Assembly (NCBI GenBank): GCA_036918135.1
Contig: JBALDB010000006.1
Span: 1 to 64,000 of the forward strand
DNA from: Nostoc sp.
GTDB lineage: Bacteria > Cyanobacteriota > Cyanobacteriia > Cyanobacteriales > Nostocaceae
Direction of reading: 5' to 3'
DNA length: 64,000 nucleotides
In this document: piece by piece, positions 31,614 to 42,207 of the stretch
Layout: the number at the start of each line of letters is the position of its first letter
Numbering within the stretch: position 1 is the stretch's first letter
Position numbers and translations under genes: made by a program
Notes under the pieces: generated by a model
What the model was told of the DNA's origin: nothing
Seen by the model: only the letters and a program-made list of their open reading frames with translations
Databases searched by the model: none

Positions 31614-31924
31614 CTAGCTTCGCCATTGTGGAATTATATAAACGTTCATGATATGAGCTTCTAAGCTCGATAAATTGCCGTCATACGGAGGTCGTGTAAA
31701 AAGTACCAAGCCGCTAGTAGCCACAATTTGATTTTCCACCTCAGCAACCCAAATCAAAAACTCACTTGCGGCATTTTATCTGCCAAATAGTTTCTAGTTG
31801 CTGCTGCGATCGCTGCTGTTTCGGTATTATCTGTAATATCGCCAGCTTCACGCAGCAGTTCAAGGCGCAGTTGAACTAGCGCCTCTAAATCTTCTAAGTT
31901 GGCTCGCCGCAGGTTTAACATCAT
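31614..31924 (-). pseudogene. GNAT acetyltransferase pseudogene (absent from ORF track)
   Basis: MMLNLRRANLEDLEALVQLRLELLREAG...YLADKMPQ / frameshift / EFLIWVAEVENQIVATSGLVLFTRPP...HIMNVYIIPQWRS*; stops at the start of the acetyl-CoA R-x-x-G-x-A motif. Confidence 0.8.
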
Positions 31925-31932
31925 TTTCACTA

Positions 31933-34443
31933 TCAGCGTACTTCTGCAACCGTGATAATTTTTTCATCCCGGTTGAGTTGGATAATGCTTTCACCTTTGA
32001 CATCTCTGCTTAAAATGGGTACTGTTTCAACAGCTATCCGCACTACTCGGTCTTTATTTGTCACTAGGGCTACCTCGCTAGAAGCGAGCGCCTTTACCAT
32101 ACCAGCTAAGTTGTCAGTTTTGCTGGTAAATTTCAGTGCTTGGGTGCCCAAATCACCTCGATTAGCTCCTCTTAATTGACTGGCAATCATCCGCTTGGCA
32201 TATCCTTCTTGAGTCACTAGCAATAGCTGGTCATCTTTACTGACAGTTACACAGCCAACCATTTGCTGATTTCTCAATAGTCGAAATGCTTGTAAACCCA
32301 TGGCCGTGCGACCCATGATCGGTAGTTGTTCGTCATTAACTGCAAATCGCAATACTCGACCTCCAGAACTAGCTAAAATCAGATGCTCTCCTGGAATAGT
32401 GAACTGAGTAAATGACAATTGATCGTCGTCTTTGAACTTCAAAATCGTGATTCCGCGACGAGTCAAATTAGTAAATTCTTCTAAAGATAAACGCTTAATT
32501 CGTCCCTGTTTTGTCAGGAGAACTATTTGACTAGTTTTAAGATTTTCTGGTAGTAAAAAGCGGCTCATTACATCTTCTTGAGCACCTTGAGCAGTATTGC
32601 TGAGCATGGTAATCAGTGGTGTTCCCCGTGGAGAACGCCCAGTGGTCTGGGGAATTTCTCCCACCTTCACAGGATAGACTTTGCCACCACTTGTAAGTAT
32701 TAACAAATCTTTGTCTGTATCTGTCAATACAGTTTGTATAATAAAATCATTGTCGTGCAAACCATTTTCAATTTTTGACTTTTTCCCTGATGTATGAATG
32801 CGCCGAACGTAACCCCGTTGGGTAAACTCTAAAATTGCTTCTTCTGCGGGTTGAGAAGATTTGAGGTTTTCTTCTTCCTCTTCTGCCCCTGTGCTTCTTT
32901 GCCTCTCTGCCCTAAACCTTTGATCCTCTGCCTTAGACCTCTGCTCCTCTGCTATTTTCGTCCGCCGGGAGTCGTTGTACTTACGCTTGAGCGATCGCAA
33001 ATCTTTTTTCAGCGCCTTGAGTAATTCGTGGCGATCGCTGAGTAATTTTTGTAATAAATCAATTTGCTCGCTAAGTTGTTCAAATTCCTGCTGCAAGTTT
33101 TGCTGCTCTAAACTCGTAAGGCGGCGCAACGGCATCGCCAGAATTGCATCTCCTTGTACCTCACTCAAACCTAGTCGGCTACAAAGGTTGATTTTTGCAG
33201 TACTACCATCAGCAGCTTGGCGCAAAATTTTAATCACTTCATCCAAATTAGACAAAGCTTTGAGCAAACCTTGCACTAAATGCAATCGACTTTGGGCTTT
33301 CCCCAACTCATAACTGTAGCGACGGTTGAGGGTTTGTTCTCGGAAACTCAAAAACTCCTGTAAAAGTTGTCGTAAACTCAACTGGCGGGGTTGTCCATCG
33401 ACTATTGCCAACAGAATTGCTCCAAAGTTACTTTGTAAGGCAGTTTGGTGATATAAATTTTGTAGAACTTCTTGAGGATTGGTATCGCGTTTGAGTTCAA
33501 TTACCACTCGCATACCTTCGCGATCGCTTTCATCCCGCAGATCGGAAATTCCTTGCAGGCGACCTTGATTTACTAAGTCTGCTACCTTCTCAATCCAGCC
33601 TGCCTTATTTACTTGATATGGCAATTCTGTGACAATAATTGCCGTTCGTCGCTTGCTTCCCCTGGTGGCTGGAATTTCCTCCAACGTCGCCAGTCCCCGC
33701 AGGACAATTCCACCCTTACCTGTAGTGTACGCCTCGCGAATTCCGCTCTCACCAACTATTTCCCCACCTGTGGGAAAATCCGGCCCTGGAATTAGCTCGA
33801 ATAACTTTTCATCTGACAAATCAGGAGTGTCGATTAAGGCAATCAACCCATCGACTATTTCCCCCAAATTGTGCGGTGGAATATTCGTCGCCATTCCCAC
33901 AGCAATACCAGAACAGCCATTGAGCAACAGAAATGGCAACTGAGCAGGTAATACCGTTGGCTCTTGCTGGGAATTATCGAAATTACCAACAAATTCCACC
34001 GTTTCTTCGCCAATTTCAGTCAGCATTCCTTCATGACTGATAGCTGCGAGGCGCGTTTCTGTGTAGCGCATTGCCGCCGGTGGGTCATTATCAACGCTGC
34101 CAAAGTTCCCATGTCCAGCCAGTAAAGGATAGCGGCTAGAAAATTCCTGCACCAGCCTGACTAATGCATCGTAAACCGCTTGATCCCCGTGGGGATGGTA
34201 TTTACCCAGTACATCACCAACTACACGGGCACATTTTCGATAAGGTCTATCTGGAAGCAAACCTAGTTCGTGCATTGCATAGAGAATGCGGCGATGCACT
34301 GGTTTTAAGCCATCACGCACGTCTGGTAGCGCTCGCCCAACAATCACGCTCATGGCATATTCTAAGTAAGACCGTTGCATCTCGGTGTGCAGGGCTGTTG
34401 TAATCACCTGTCCCGTTGAGAGAAGGTTTAACTGTTTTGCCAT
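31933..34443 (-). CDS. Type IIA topoisomerase subunit A (GyrA paralog, ParC-like)
   Basis: [32 protein letters not shown]; beta-pinwheel C-terminal domain without a QxRGGKG GyrA box. Confidence 0.93.
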   Translation of the reverse strand: MAKQLNLLSTGQVITTALHTEMQRSYLEYAMSVIVGRALPDVRDGLKPVHRRILYAMHELGLLPDRPYRKCARVVGDVLGKYHPHGDQAVYDALVRLVQEFSSRYPLLAGHGNFGSVDNDPPAAMRYTETRLAAISHEGMLTEIGEETVEFVGNFDNSQQEPTVLPAQLPFLLLNGCSGIAVGMATNIPPHNLGEIVDGLIALIDTPDLSDEKLFELIPGPDFPTGGEIVGESGIREAYTTGKGGIVLRGLATLEEIPATRGSKRRTAIIVTELPYQVNKAGWIEKVADLVNQGRLQGISDLRDESDREGMRVVIELKRDTNPQEVLQNLYHQTALQSNFGAILLAIVDGQPRQLSLRQLLQEFLSFREQTLNRRYSYELGKAQSRLHLVQGLLKALSNLDEVIKILRQAADGSTAKINLCSRLGLSEVQGDAILAMPLRRLTSLEQQNLQQEFEQLSEQIDLLQKLLSDRHELLKALKKDLRSLKRKYNDSRRTKIAEEQRSKAEDQRFRAERQRSTGAEEEEENLKSSQPAEEAILEFTQRGYVRRIHTSGKKSKIENGLHDNDFIIQTVLTDTDKDLLILTSGGKVYPVKVGEIPQTTGRSPRGTPLITMLSNTAQGAQEDVMSRFLLPENLKTSQIVLLTKQGRIKRLSLEEFTNLTRRGITILKFKDDDQLSFTQFTIPGEHLILASSGGRVLRFAVNDEQLPIMGRTAMGLQAFRLLRNQQMVGCVTVSKDDQLLLVTQEGYAKRMIASQLRGANRGDLGTQALKFTSKTDNLAGMVKALASSEVALVTNKDRVVRIAVETVPILSRDVKGESIIQLNRDEKIITVAEVR

Positions 34444-34977
34444 GAGTTTTTTCCCTGAAATTTAACTATATAAAAGCCGATGACACTCAATACTCCAGCA
34501 ACCACAGCATAACGGATGAAATGCGATTCCTGACAAAATCTTGATAGTCACAGAATAAAAAGCAGTAATATCATCCTTGATAACGAGGCTGTAAATTGAC
34601 TATTAAAAAGAAGGCAGACGACAATAATTTACATACATTTAGTAGCTACGATACTTACCATGATTGCATTTCTTAATTTAGAATTTTGGGCAAAGCCTCA
34701 GGCACTTGTGGTAATCGCACCAGCCAACCCTAAAAGCAAATAGACGCCACTTGCAATCCTATGGGAACGCCAAAGGCAAATAAAGCCAGGATAGTCCTTA
34801 CAACAAAGTGGCTCAAATTTCCAACAGGAATTTTGAATGTCGAAAGTTTTTAGCTGGCTGAGTTCAGAATTCCTATAGTTACTGCTGGGCATAGCAAGAT
34901 CCCAAAGAGTATAGTTAGCATTCAGAACTGTCCAACATCAATTTTTGAATCTCTCCACCTCCATAACTAAAATTCTC

Positions 34978-35382
34978 ATGAAAACCGTTTTAATTGTCGA
35001 AGACGATCTAATTAATGCTCGTGTTTTTTCTAAAATTTTGTCCAAGCGCGGCGGTTTGGGCGTGAAACACACTGAAAATGTGGAAGAAGTAATAAAAATT
35101 GCCCAATCAGGAGAAGCAGACTTGATTTTGATGGACGTTTCTCTCTCCAGAAGTGTTTATCAAGGCAAGTCAGTTGATGGAATCAAGATTACACAAATGT
35201 TAAAATCAGACCCAAAAACAGCAAACTTACCCGTTATTCTAGTGACGGCGCACGCTATGGAAGGCGATCGCGAAAACTTTCTCAAGCAAAGCGGCGCTGA
35301 CGGCTACATTTCTAAACCAGTTGTTGACCATCAACAGTTTGTTGAGCAGATCGTGACACTTCTACCCCCAGACAAGCACTGA
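34978..35382 (+). CDS. Single-domain response regulator (DivK-like)
   Basis: VLIVEDD, LILMD, VTAHAMEGD, YISKP. Confidence 0.9.
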   Translation: MKTVLIVEDDLINARVFSKILSKRGGLGVKHTENVEEVIKIAQSGEADLILMDVSLSRSVYQGKSVDGIKITQMLKSDPKTANLPVILVTAHAMEGDRENFLKQSGADGYISKPVVDHQQFVEQIVTLLPPDKH

Positions 35383-35616
35383 CAAATCAGGACTTATTTT
35401 TGGAATATTCGTCTACCAATGTTTTTGACCAACTAGTTCCTATCTTTAATTAAGTATATATGTACTACAAGGAGGTACTGTTCGGCAAGTAGTAATAACA
35501 GAGGGGACTGTGGACTGGGGAAAACAAGAGTGTGGTAGAGGTGTCTGGTGTGGGAGGATGGAGAGGAAAATAGCTATTACTCAATAATTTCTCCCCCCAC
35601 TCCCCATGTCCTACTC

Positions 35617-36504
35617 CTATTGTGTAGGCCGTTTTTCAGGCACTGATGATGAGTTTTCGCCTTGCTGTAGAGCTGCTTGAATACGAGGTAATTCTAAGAA
35701 TTTTTTCGTATCAGCTAGTAAGCGATCGCCCCAGAGATTTTCTTTGAGGAAATTTAGACTACCATAGCGCGGATCGATGCGGAGCGCGGCTTCTCCCAAG
35801 CTCAGTCCTTGTTGGCGATCGCCTTTAGTATACAGTGCCACTGCCAAAGCTAGTAAAGGTTCTGCGGCTTGCTTTTCAATGGTTACAGCCGATTGCCATT
35901 GCTTAATCGCTCCTGAGATGTCACCTTGTTCGTAGTTGATTAAGCCTATATTGTTGATTGCCGGCCAGAATTTTTTATCTTGAGTTATAGCTCGATTGTA
36001 TTGAGAGACGGCATCTGGCAATCGACCCATCAAAAAGTAAGCATTACCCAAATCAAACAATCCTTCTGGGTCATTGGGTTTTAACTTCAAACCCTCTTGA
36101 TAACTGACAACAGCCTGCTGGTACTTTTGTTGCTGAAAATTAGCTGAACCAATAGCAAACAGAATATCAGCATTTTTGGGGTTGAGAGATTGGGCTTTTT
36201 TTAAGGACGCGATCGCTCCGTCGAACTCTTTATTTTGTAACTGCAATCCACCCAAAAGCAACCAGACTTTATCATTATTAGGAGCCAGCTGAGCAGCTAG
36301 CCGCGCTCGTGGCAATGCTAAGTCAACCTGTTGAAACTGAGCTAATTGAGCCGCCTCCTGTGCCAGAGTCAACCCCTGCTTTTCTAACTTTGCTGTATCT
36401 AGTTGCAGCGTATGGGGTATTAATGCCTGCGCGTTAGCGGCTTTTGGTACACTCCATAAACTACAGACAACCACAAGAAAAATCAAATAAAAATGTTTAG
36501 GCAC
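35617..36504 (-). CDS. Exported TPR-repeat protein
   Basis: Signal peptide ending ANA, multiple TPR motifs (LFDLGNAY, AINNIGLI). Confidence 0.9.
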   Translation of the reverse strand: MPKHFYLIFLVVVCSLWSVPKAANAQALIPHTLQLDTAKLEKQGLTLAQEAAQLAQFQQVDLALPRARLAAQLAPNNDKVWLLLGGLQLQNKEFDGAIASLKKAQSLNPKNADILFAIGSANFQQQKYQQAVVSYQEGLKLKPNDPEGLFDLGNAYFLMGRLPDAVSQYNRAITQDKKFWPAINNIGLINYEQGDISGAIKQWQSAVTIEKQAAEPLLALAVALYTKGDRQQGLSLGEAALRIDPRYGSLNFLKENLWGDRLLADTKKFLELPRIQAALQQGENSSSVPEKRPTQ

Positions 36505-36955
36505 ACTACCGCCTCTAAGCCACTTATCAAAGAATCTTTCAGCTAGCTTAAACGATCTCCGCTGTTGACGGCAGCAAAATCTTGGGTCATTTGTAATTAG
36601 TCATTGGTCATTGCTCATTGAAAGTATGGGAAAGGTCAGGTAGTGGAGTAAAGTTCTCTCCTCTTCTCCCCATTATAAAAACTGATGACTTTGGTCATAC
36701 ACCACTCTGGAATTACTTATGACTTTGGTCATACATCGGTTTGGACGTTTTGAGCAATAATTATTATGTATGAATTTATACGAAGAGGTAAATATTAAAT
36801 ATTTGACAGCAGATTTCAAGTTAGTGAGGTACACAGCTTGGGTTTGGTAACCAAACATTTAGTCTGTTTTACTTCCAAATTTTAATCCTGCTGTAATACC
36901 AAAACAACTGTTTAAGATTTTTCAATCAAAACCGGAGCACAAAGGAGTCAATTCG

Positions 36956-37501
36956 ATGTTGAAACAAAACTGTGGATTTTTAGTTGTAGCTGCTGCCACG
37001 CTGGTTGTTCCTACTTTCTTGAGTGCGCCTGCAAATGCCCAAACACAGGTCTATGTGGTTGGCCAGAGCGATCGGGATTGGAACCGCGATCGCACTAATC
37101 CGATAGAAGTCAGAACTCGCGAAAACAGGGACAATTGGAACCGTGACGGCAGAGTTAATTCTAGAGAAGTCAGAACTCGCGAAAATTGGGACAATTGGGA
37201 TCGCAACGGTAGACATAATCCTAGAGAAATTAGAAATCGCCAAAACAGGGACAATTGGAACCGTGACAACCAACCATATACCAGAGTAATCAGACTTGGT
37301 AATGGTGATATTAGATACCCAAATGGCCAAATTATTCCTGCTAGAAGTATAGCTAGACTACGTAATCAAGGTTACTTTAGACTTCCTAATGGGGATATTC
37401 TTCTTCCAAGTGAGGAAATTGTTCCTGCCGCTAGATTAGTTCGAGTGCGTGATGATTATTTCAGACTTCCTAATGGACTGGTACTGCAAATTAACCTCTA
37501 A
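36956..37501 (+). CDS. Secreted hypothetical protein with Arg/Asn/Asp/Trp repeats
   Basis: Signal peptide ending APANA, three 20-aa (60-bp) repeats, C-terminal (F)RLPNG repeats; AAGGAG RBS. Confidence 0.8.
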   Translation: MLKQNCGFLVVAAATLVVPTFLSAPANAQTQVYVVGQSDRDWNRDRTNPIEVRTRENRDNWNRDGRVNSREVRTRENWDNWDRNGRHNPREIRNRQNRDNWNRDNQPYTRVIRLGNGDIRYPNGQIIPARSIARLRNQGYFRLPNGDILLPSEEIVPAARLVRVRDDYFRLPNGLVLQINL

Positions 37502-37603
37502 AACACTAAGAACTAAAAATTATTCTCAGTATGGAGCTACCAGGCTATAGTTTTAGCCGTGAAGAACAGCTCGGTAGCCGTTCCTTTTAGATTAAAAATA
37601 AAC

Positions 37604-39205
37604 ATGCAAATTGATACAAAAAAAACTGTAGATTCACCAGTTTTTCCTCCAGAGGTAAAGAAAAAAAGAAGTAAGAAAAATTGGCTCTCTTGGCTACTTG
37701 TTCTTGCTCTACTGGGTGGAATTGGGTACGCAGTATATTACCAAGTAACTGTCGTTCCCCATCAACAAGCCAGACGCCGAATGCTGACAAGGCCTGTACA
37801 AAGGCAGAATTTAGTAGTCAAAGTTTCAGCCAATGGAGAGGTGAAGCCTGAGCGGTCAATCAACCTCAGTCCGAAAAATTCAGGCGTACTGAAAACACTA
37901 CTGGTGAAGGAAGGAGATATCGTCAAACAAGGGCAAATTTTAGCCTACATGGATGATTCCAACCTGCGGGGGCAATTTACTTCTGCTCAAGGACAATTGG
38001 CACAAGCCGAAGCGAATCTACAAAAAGCCCAAGCAGGTAATCGCCCCCAGGATATTGCTCAAGCACAGGCACAACTGGACGAAGCCGAAGCGAATCTGCA
38101 AAAGGTACAAGCAGGCAATCGCTCTCAAGATATTGCTCAAGCACAAGCACGTTTACAAAGCGCTCAAGCAAACTTAAGTAAAGTGGAAGATGATTTCCGC
38201 CGCAATCAACAACTTTATAATGCAGGCGGTATTTCTCTTCAGACTCTCAACCAAAACCGTGCTGACAAGGATAGCGCCCAAGCAGCTGTCAATGAAGCCC
38301 AACAAGCACTAGCTTTGCAAAAAGCTGGGTCACGAAAAGAAGACATCGAACAAGCACGAGCCGTAGTTAACCAAAGACAACAAGCTTTGGCACTCCTGAA
38401 AGCCGGAAGCCGCAAAGAAGATATAGATGCTGCCCGCGCTCAGGTAACATCTGCTCGCGGTTCGCTGCAAAATATCCAAGCTGAAATCAACGATACGATT
38501 ATTCGCGCTCCTTTTGATAGCGTAGTGACCAAAAAGTATGCCGATCCCGGCGCTTTTGTAACTCCCACAACTGCCAGTAGTGACGTATCTTCTGCTACTT
38601 CTTCTTCAATCTTGTCTCTAGCTTCCACAAACGAAGTTGTCGCCAATTTAGCGGAAACAAATATTTCTAAAATCAGCCTTGGTCAAAAAGTTACCATTCA
38701 AGCAGATGCCTACCCAGGAAAAACTTTTGAAGGCAAAGTTAAGCAAATTGCTGCCCAATCCGTAGTAGAACAAAACGTTACCAGTTTTGAAGTCAGAGTG
38801 TCACTCTCAGACCCTCAAAGGCTACTACGGTCAGGGATGAATGTGGAAGCAGATTTTCAAGTCGGTGAAGTGAAAAATGCCTTGGTGGTGCCAACAGCCT
38901 CGGTGGTGCGCCAAGAAAATGCTACAGGCGTGTTTGTACCAGGAAAGAATAACAGACCTGTATTTACTCCCATCGAGACGGGCGTCACCGCGAATAACTT
39001 TACAGAAGTTAAGTCTGGATTGACAGGAAACGAAAGGGTATTGCTGAGTTTCCCGCCAGGATCGCGTCCGCAATCAACACCACGAGGAGGAGTTTTTCCT
39101 GGTCTAGGAGGAGGCGGAGCCGGAGGAGGAAGAGGAGCCGGCGGCGGGGGAGGTCGTTCAGGCGGTGGTTCTGGTGGTGGTCGTTCAGGGGGTGGTTCTC
39201 CTTAA
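37604..39205 (+). CDS. Efflux periplasmic adaptor (MacA/HlyD family) with Gly-rich tail
   Basis: TM anchor, VKEGDIVKQGQILA, IRAPFD, duplicated 26-aa coiled-coil unit. Confidence 0.92.
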   Translation: MQIDTKKTVDSPVFPPEVKKKRSKKNWLSWLLVLALLGGIGYAVYYQVTVVPHQQARRRMLTRPVQRQNLVVKVSANGEVKPERSINLSPKNSGVLKTLLVKEGDIVKQGQILAYMDDSNLRGQFTSAQGQLAQAEANLQKAQAGNRPQDIAQAQAQLDEAEANLQKVQAGNRSQDIAQAQARLQSAQANLSKVEDDFRRNQQLYNAGGISLQTLNQNRADKDSAQAAVNEAQQALALQKAGSRKEDIEQARAVVNQRQQALALLKAGSRKEDIDAARAQVTSARGSLQNIQAEINDTIIRAPFDSVVTKKYADPGAFVTPTTASSDVSSATSSSILSLASTNEVVANLAETNISKISLGQKVTIQADAYPGKTFEGKVKQIAAQSVVEQNVTSFEVRVSLSDPQRLLRSGMNVEADFQVGEVKNALVVPTASVVRQENATGVFVPGKNNRPVFTPIETGVTANNFTEVKSGLTGNERVLLSFPPGSRPQSTPRGGVFPGLGGGGAGGGRGAGGGGGRSGGGSGGGRSGGGSP

Positions 39206-39227
39206 AGTTAGTTTGAAATACAACCTT

Positions 39228-40508
39228 ATGTTTAAAATATTTAAGGGTTTTTATAAAGCTAAGAGTAGCCGCACAGTGCCGCTGTTAGAAATATTGTCAA
39301 TGGCGGTAGAAACACTGTGGAGTAATAAATTACGTACAGGACTAACGATGTTGGGCGTAATTATTGGCATTTCCTCAGTGATTGCGATTACTTCGGTTGG
39401 TCAAGGAGTGCAAAAAGGAGTCGAACAACAGATCCAAGCATTGGGTACAGATGTACTGCAAATCTTAGCTGGTGCAGCTAGAAGCGGGAATGTTCGTCAA
39501 GGAATAGGTTCTAGCAGCACGTTGACATGGGAAGATGCCAAAGCGATCGCCACACAAGCCCCATCTGTTCAACTCGTTTCTGCTTACCTCCAGCGGAGTG
39601 CCCAAGTTGTTTATCAAGGACAAAATACTTCAACAACAATTTATGGTACAGATTTAAATTACCCAGAAGTGAGAAATACTCACCCCCAGCAGGGGAGATA
39701 TTTCACTCAACAAGAACTAGATACCAGAGCTCAAGTTGCAATTCTTGGCCCTACAGTCCAACGCACACTGTTTGGACAGAGTGGTAATGTTATGGGTACA
39801 AGAATTCGGATTCAAGGAGAAGCTTACGAAGTCATTGGTGTGATGGAACCTAAAGGTTCTCAAGGGCCAATGGATCGAGATGACCAAATTTTTATTCCTC
39901 TAACTAGTATGTCGGCAAGACTAGTTGGTAACAATGCTTTGGTAGGTATTTCTGTAACTGGGATTTTAGTTAAATCAGCCAATCAAGAAGATTTAGAAGC
40001 AGCTCAGTTTCAAGTCACCAATTTGTTGCGCTTGCGGCATAATATTTATCCGCCCCAAGTTGATGATTTCCGACTCACTAACCAAGCTGATATTGTTAGT
40101 ACTTTCACTAATGTTGTGGGTTTATTTACAGTAATGGTAGTGGCGATCGCTGGTATTTCCTTAGTAGTTGGCGGTATTGGTATTGCCAACATCATGTTAG
40201 TTTCCGTAGTCGAACGCACGCGGGAAATTGGCATTCGTAAAGCCGTAGGAGCTACTAATTCTGCAATCCTCAATCAATTTTTAGCCGAAGCGATCGTAAT
40301 TTCCATTGTTGGCGGAGGTATTGGTATGGTGACTGGCGTTTTATTAGCCTTTATAGCTGCAAACGTTTTCAAATTTCCTTTTATAATTTCTTTGTTGTCG
40401 ATTATTGCTGGGTTTGGACTGTCATTAACGGTTGGCTTATTGGCTGGAGTTATTCCAGCACGAAATGCATCCAAACTAGATCCAATCACTGCTTTACGTA
40501 GTGACTAA
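39228..40508 (+). CDS. ABC transporter permease (MacB family)
   Basis: NKLRTGLTMLGVIIG, GGIGIANIMLVSVVERTREIGIRKAVGA, LDPITALRS. Confidence 0.93.
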   Translation: MFKIFKGFYKAKSSRTVPLLEILSMAVETLWSNKLRTGLTMLGVIIGISSVIAITSVGQGVQKGVEQQIQALGTDVLQILAGAARSGNVRQGIGSSSTLTWEDAKAIATQAPSVQLVSAYLQRSAQVVYQGQNTSTTIYGTDLNYPEVRNTHPQQGRYFTQQELDTRAQVAILGPTVQRTLFGQSGNVMGTRIRIQGEAYEVIGVMEPKGSQGPMDRDDQIFIPLTSMSARLVGNNALVGISVTGILVKSANQEDLEAAQFQVTNLLRLRHNIYPPQVDDFRLTNQADIVSTFTNVVGLFTVMVVAIAGISLVVGGIGIANIMLVSVVERTREIGIRKAVGATNSAILNQFLAEAIVISIVGGGIGMVTGVLLAFIAANVFKFPFIISLLSIIAGFGLSLTVGLLAGVIPARNASKLDPITALRSD

Positions 40509-40564
40509 ATAATTCAAACTTGAAAATTTCAAAATTAAAAGCTTCTCTGAAAACAGGTGAATAT

Positions 40565-41236
40565 ATGCAACTTGAACTAGACCATATCTTTGTCTGTGTT
40601 GAACCAGAAGCACCACCAACAGATTTGCTAACTGCTTTTGGACTCACAGAAGGTACTCGCAGAATTCATCAAGGTCAAGGAACTGCAAACGTTTGCTTTT
40701 TCTTTAATAATGCTTATCTTGAGTTACTTTGGCTTTTTGACACTAACGAAATCCAATCTCCTCTTGTTCGCCCTACAGGTTTGTGGGAACGCTGTCGTTG
40801 GCAAGAAACACAAGCTTGCCCTTTTGGCATTGCATTTCGGTCAACAGCATCAAATCTACGAGAAATACCATTTCCTACTTGGGATTACCATGCAGCATAT
40901 TTACAACCAAAAGCTTCTATTGCGATCGCAAGCAATAGTGACAATTTATCAGAACCATTGATTTTCATTTCACCCACAACTAAAAAACCTACAGATTACG
41001 CCCTAGAACGGCGATTACCTTTAGTTCATCAAGTTGGACTTAAAGAAATTACAGCATTACAAGTCATCTTACCTGGTGTTCAAAACTTTTCTGCTGAAGT
41101 GAAAACGTTAATTGAGCTTGGATTAGTGCAATTTTCACAAGGCAATTTTTATCAACTACAAATAGAATTTAATAATGCTAAGGAAAATAATTCACGAGAT
41201 TTTAGCCCGGAAATACCAATTTTAATTAAATGGTAA
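40565..41236 (+). CDS. VOC / glyoxalase-like domain protein
   Basis: LELDHIFVCV, HQGQGTANVCFFFNNAYLELLW. Confidence 0.8.
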   Translation: MQLELDHIFVCVEPEAPPTDLLTAFGLTEGTRRIHQGQGTANVCFFFNNAYLELLWLFDTNEIQSPLVRPTGLWERCRWQETQACPFGIAFRSTASNLREIPFPTWDYHAAYLQPKASIAIASNSDNLSEPLIFISPTTKKPTDYALERRLPLVHQVGLKEITALQVILPGVQNFSAEVKTLIELGLVQFSQGNFYQLQIEFNNAKENNSRDFSPEIPILIKW

Positions 41237-41379
41237 CTATTAGATTACATCTTAGTTAATACACTTTATTATTTACATTTTTTAGTAAAAAATAATTTTA
41301 TAATTATTTGTAATGCTTTATATTTTTCAATTCAATATATTAAAAATAAAAACTAATAGTTTCTTAAGTCAAAATCAAT

Positions 41380-42051
41380 ATGCCAACCATGATTTGGATG
41401 GAATCCATTACTAAGACCTATCATTTAGGAGAAATTAGTGTTCCCATACTTAAAGGGATTCAACTCTCTATTGAAGAAGGGGAATATGTTGCCATTATGG
41501 GCGCATCAGGTTCGGGTAAATCTACACTGATGAATATTTTAGGATGTCTCGATCGCCCCACAACGGGACACTATATATTTGAAGGTAGAAATCTCACAAC
41601 TTATGATGATGATGAATTAGCTTACATCCGCAATCAAAGGATAGGTTTTGTTTTCCAACAATTTAATTTATTGGCGCGAGCGACAGCGCTAGAAAATGTA
41701 ATGCTACCAATGGTTTATGCTAACTTACCTAAAGTAAAACGGCATCAAAGGGCATTAGAAGCTTTGGAAAAGGTAGGATTAGGAGGACGCATTTCTAACC
41801 GTCCCAGTCAACTATCTGGTGGACAACAACAACGCGTAGCTATTGCTCGCGCTTTGGTTAACCGACCTGCATTAGTTTTGGCAGACGAGCCAACGGGTGC
41901 TTTAGATACTGAAACTTCTCATGAGGTAATGAATTTGTTGACAGAACTTAATAAGCAAGGTATCACAATTGTGATTGTTACTCATGAACCAGATATCGCT
42001 GCTCAAACTAAAAGAATTATCCGAGTTCAAGATGGTTTGATTGTATGTTAG
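41380..42051 (+). CDS. ABC transporter ATP-binding protein (LolD/MacB type)
   Basis: [31 protein letters not shown]. Confidence 0.96.
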   Translation: MPTMIWMESITKTYHLGEISVPILKGIQLSIEEGEYVAIMGASGSGKSTLMNILGCLDRPTTGHYIFEGRNLTTYDDDELAYIRNQRIGFVFQQFNLLARATALENVMLPMVYANLPKVKRHQRALEALEKVGLGGRISNRPSQLSGGQQQRVAIARALVNRPALVLADEPTGALDTETSHEVMNLLTELNKQGITIVIVTHEPDIAAQTKRIIRVQDGLIVC

Positions 42052-42207
42052 GGAGTGGTGACAGTTGAGCCTCGCCGGAGACTCCGAAGCTCCGATAAGG
42101 AATCAGGAATTTGGAGTTTGGAGTTATTCTCCTTGTCCCCGTGTCCTCTTCTCTCCCTCATCCTCCTCATTTCCCCTATTCCTGACTCCCAACTTCCGAT
42201 TACAAAT

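Noticed and set aside
37103..37285. Regular 60-bp repeats as a CRISPR array
   Set aside because: They are in-frame coding repeats with no unique spacers, and there are no cas genes in the window
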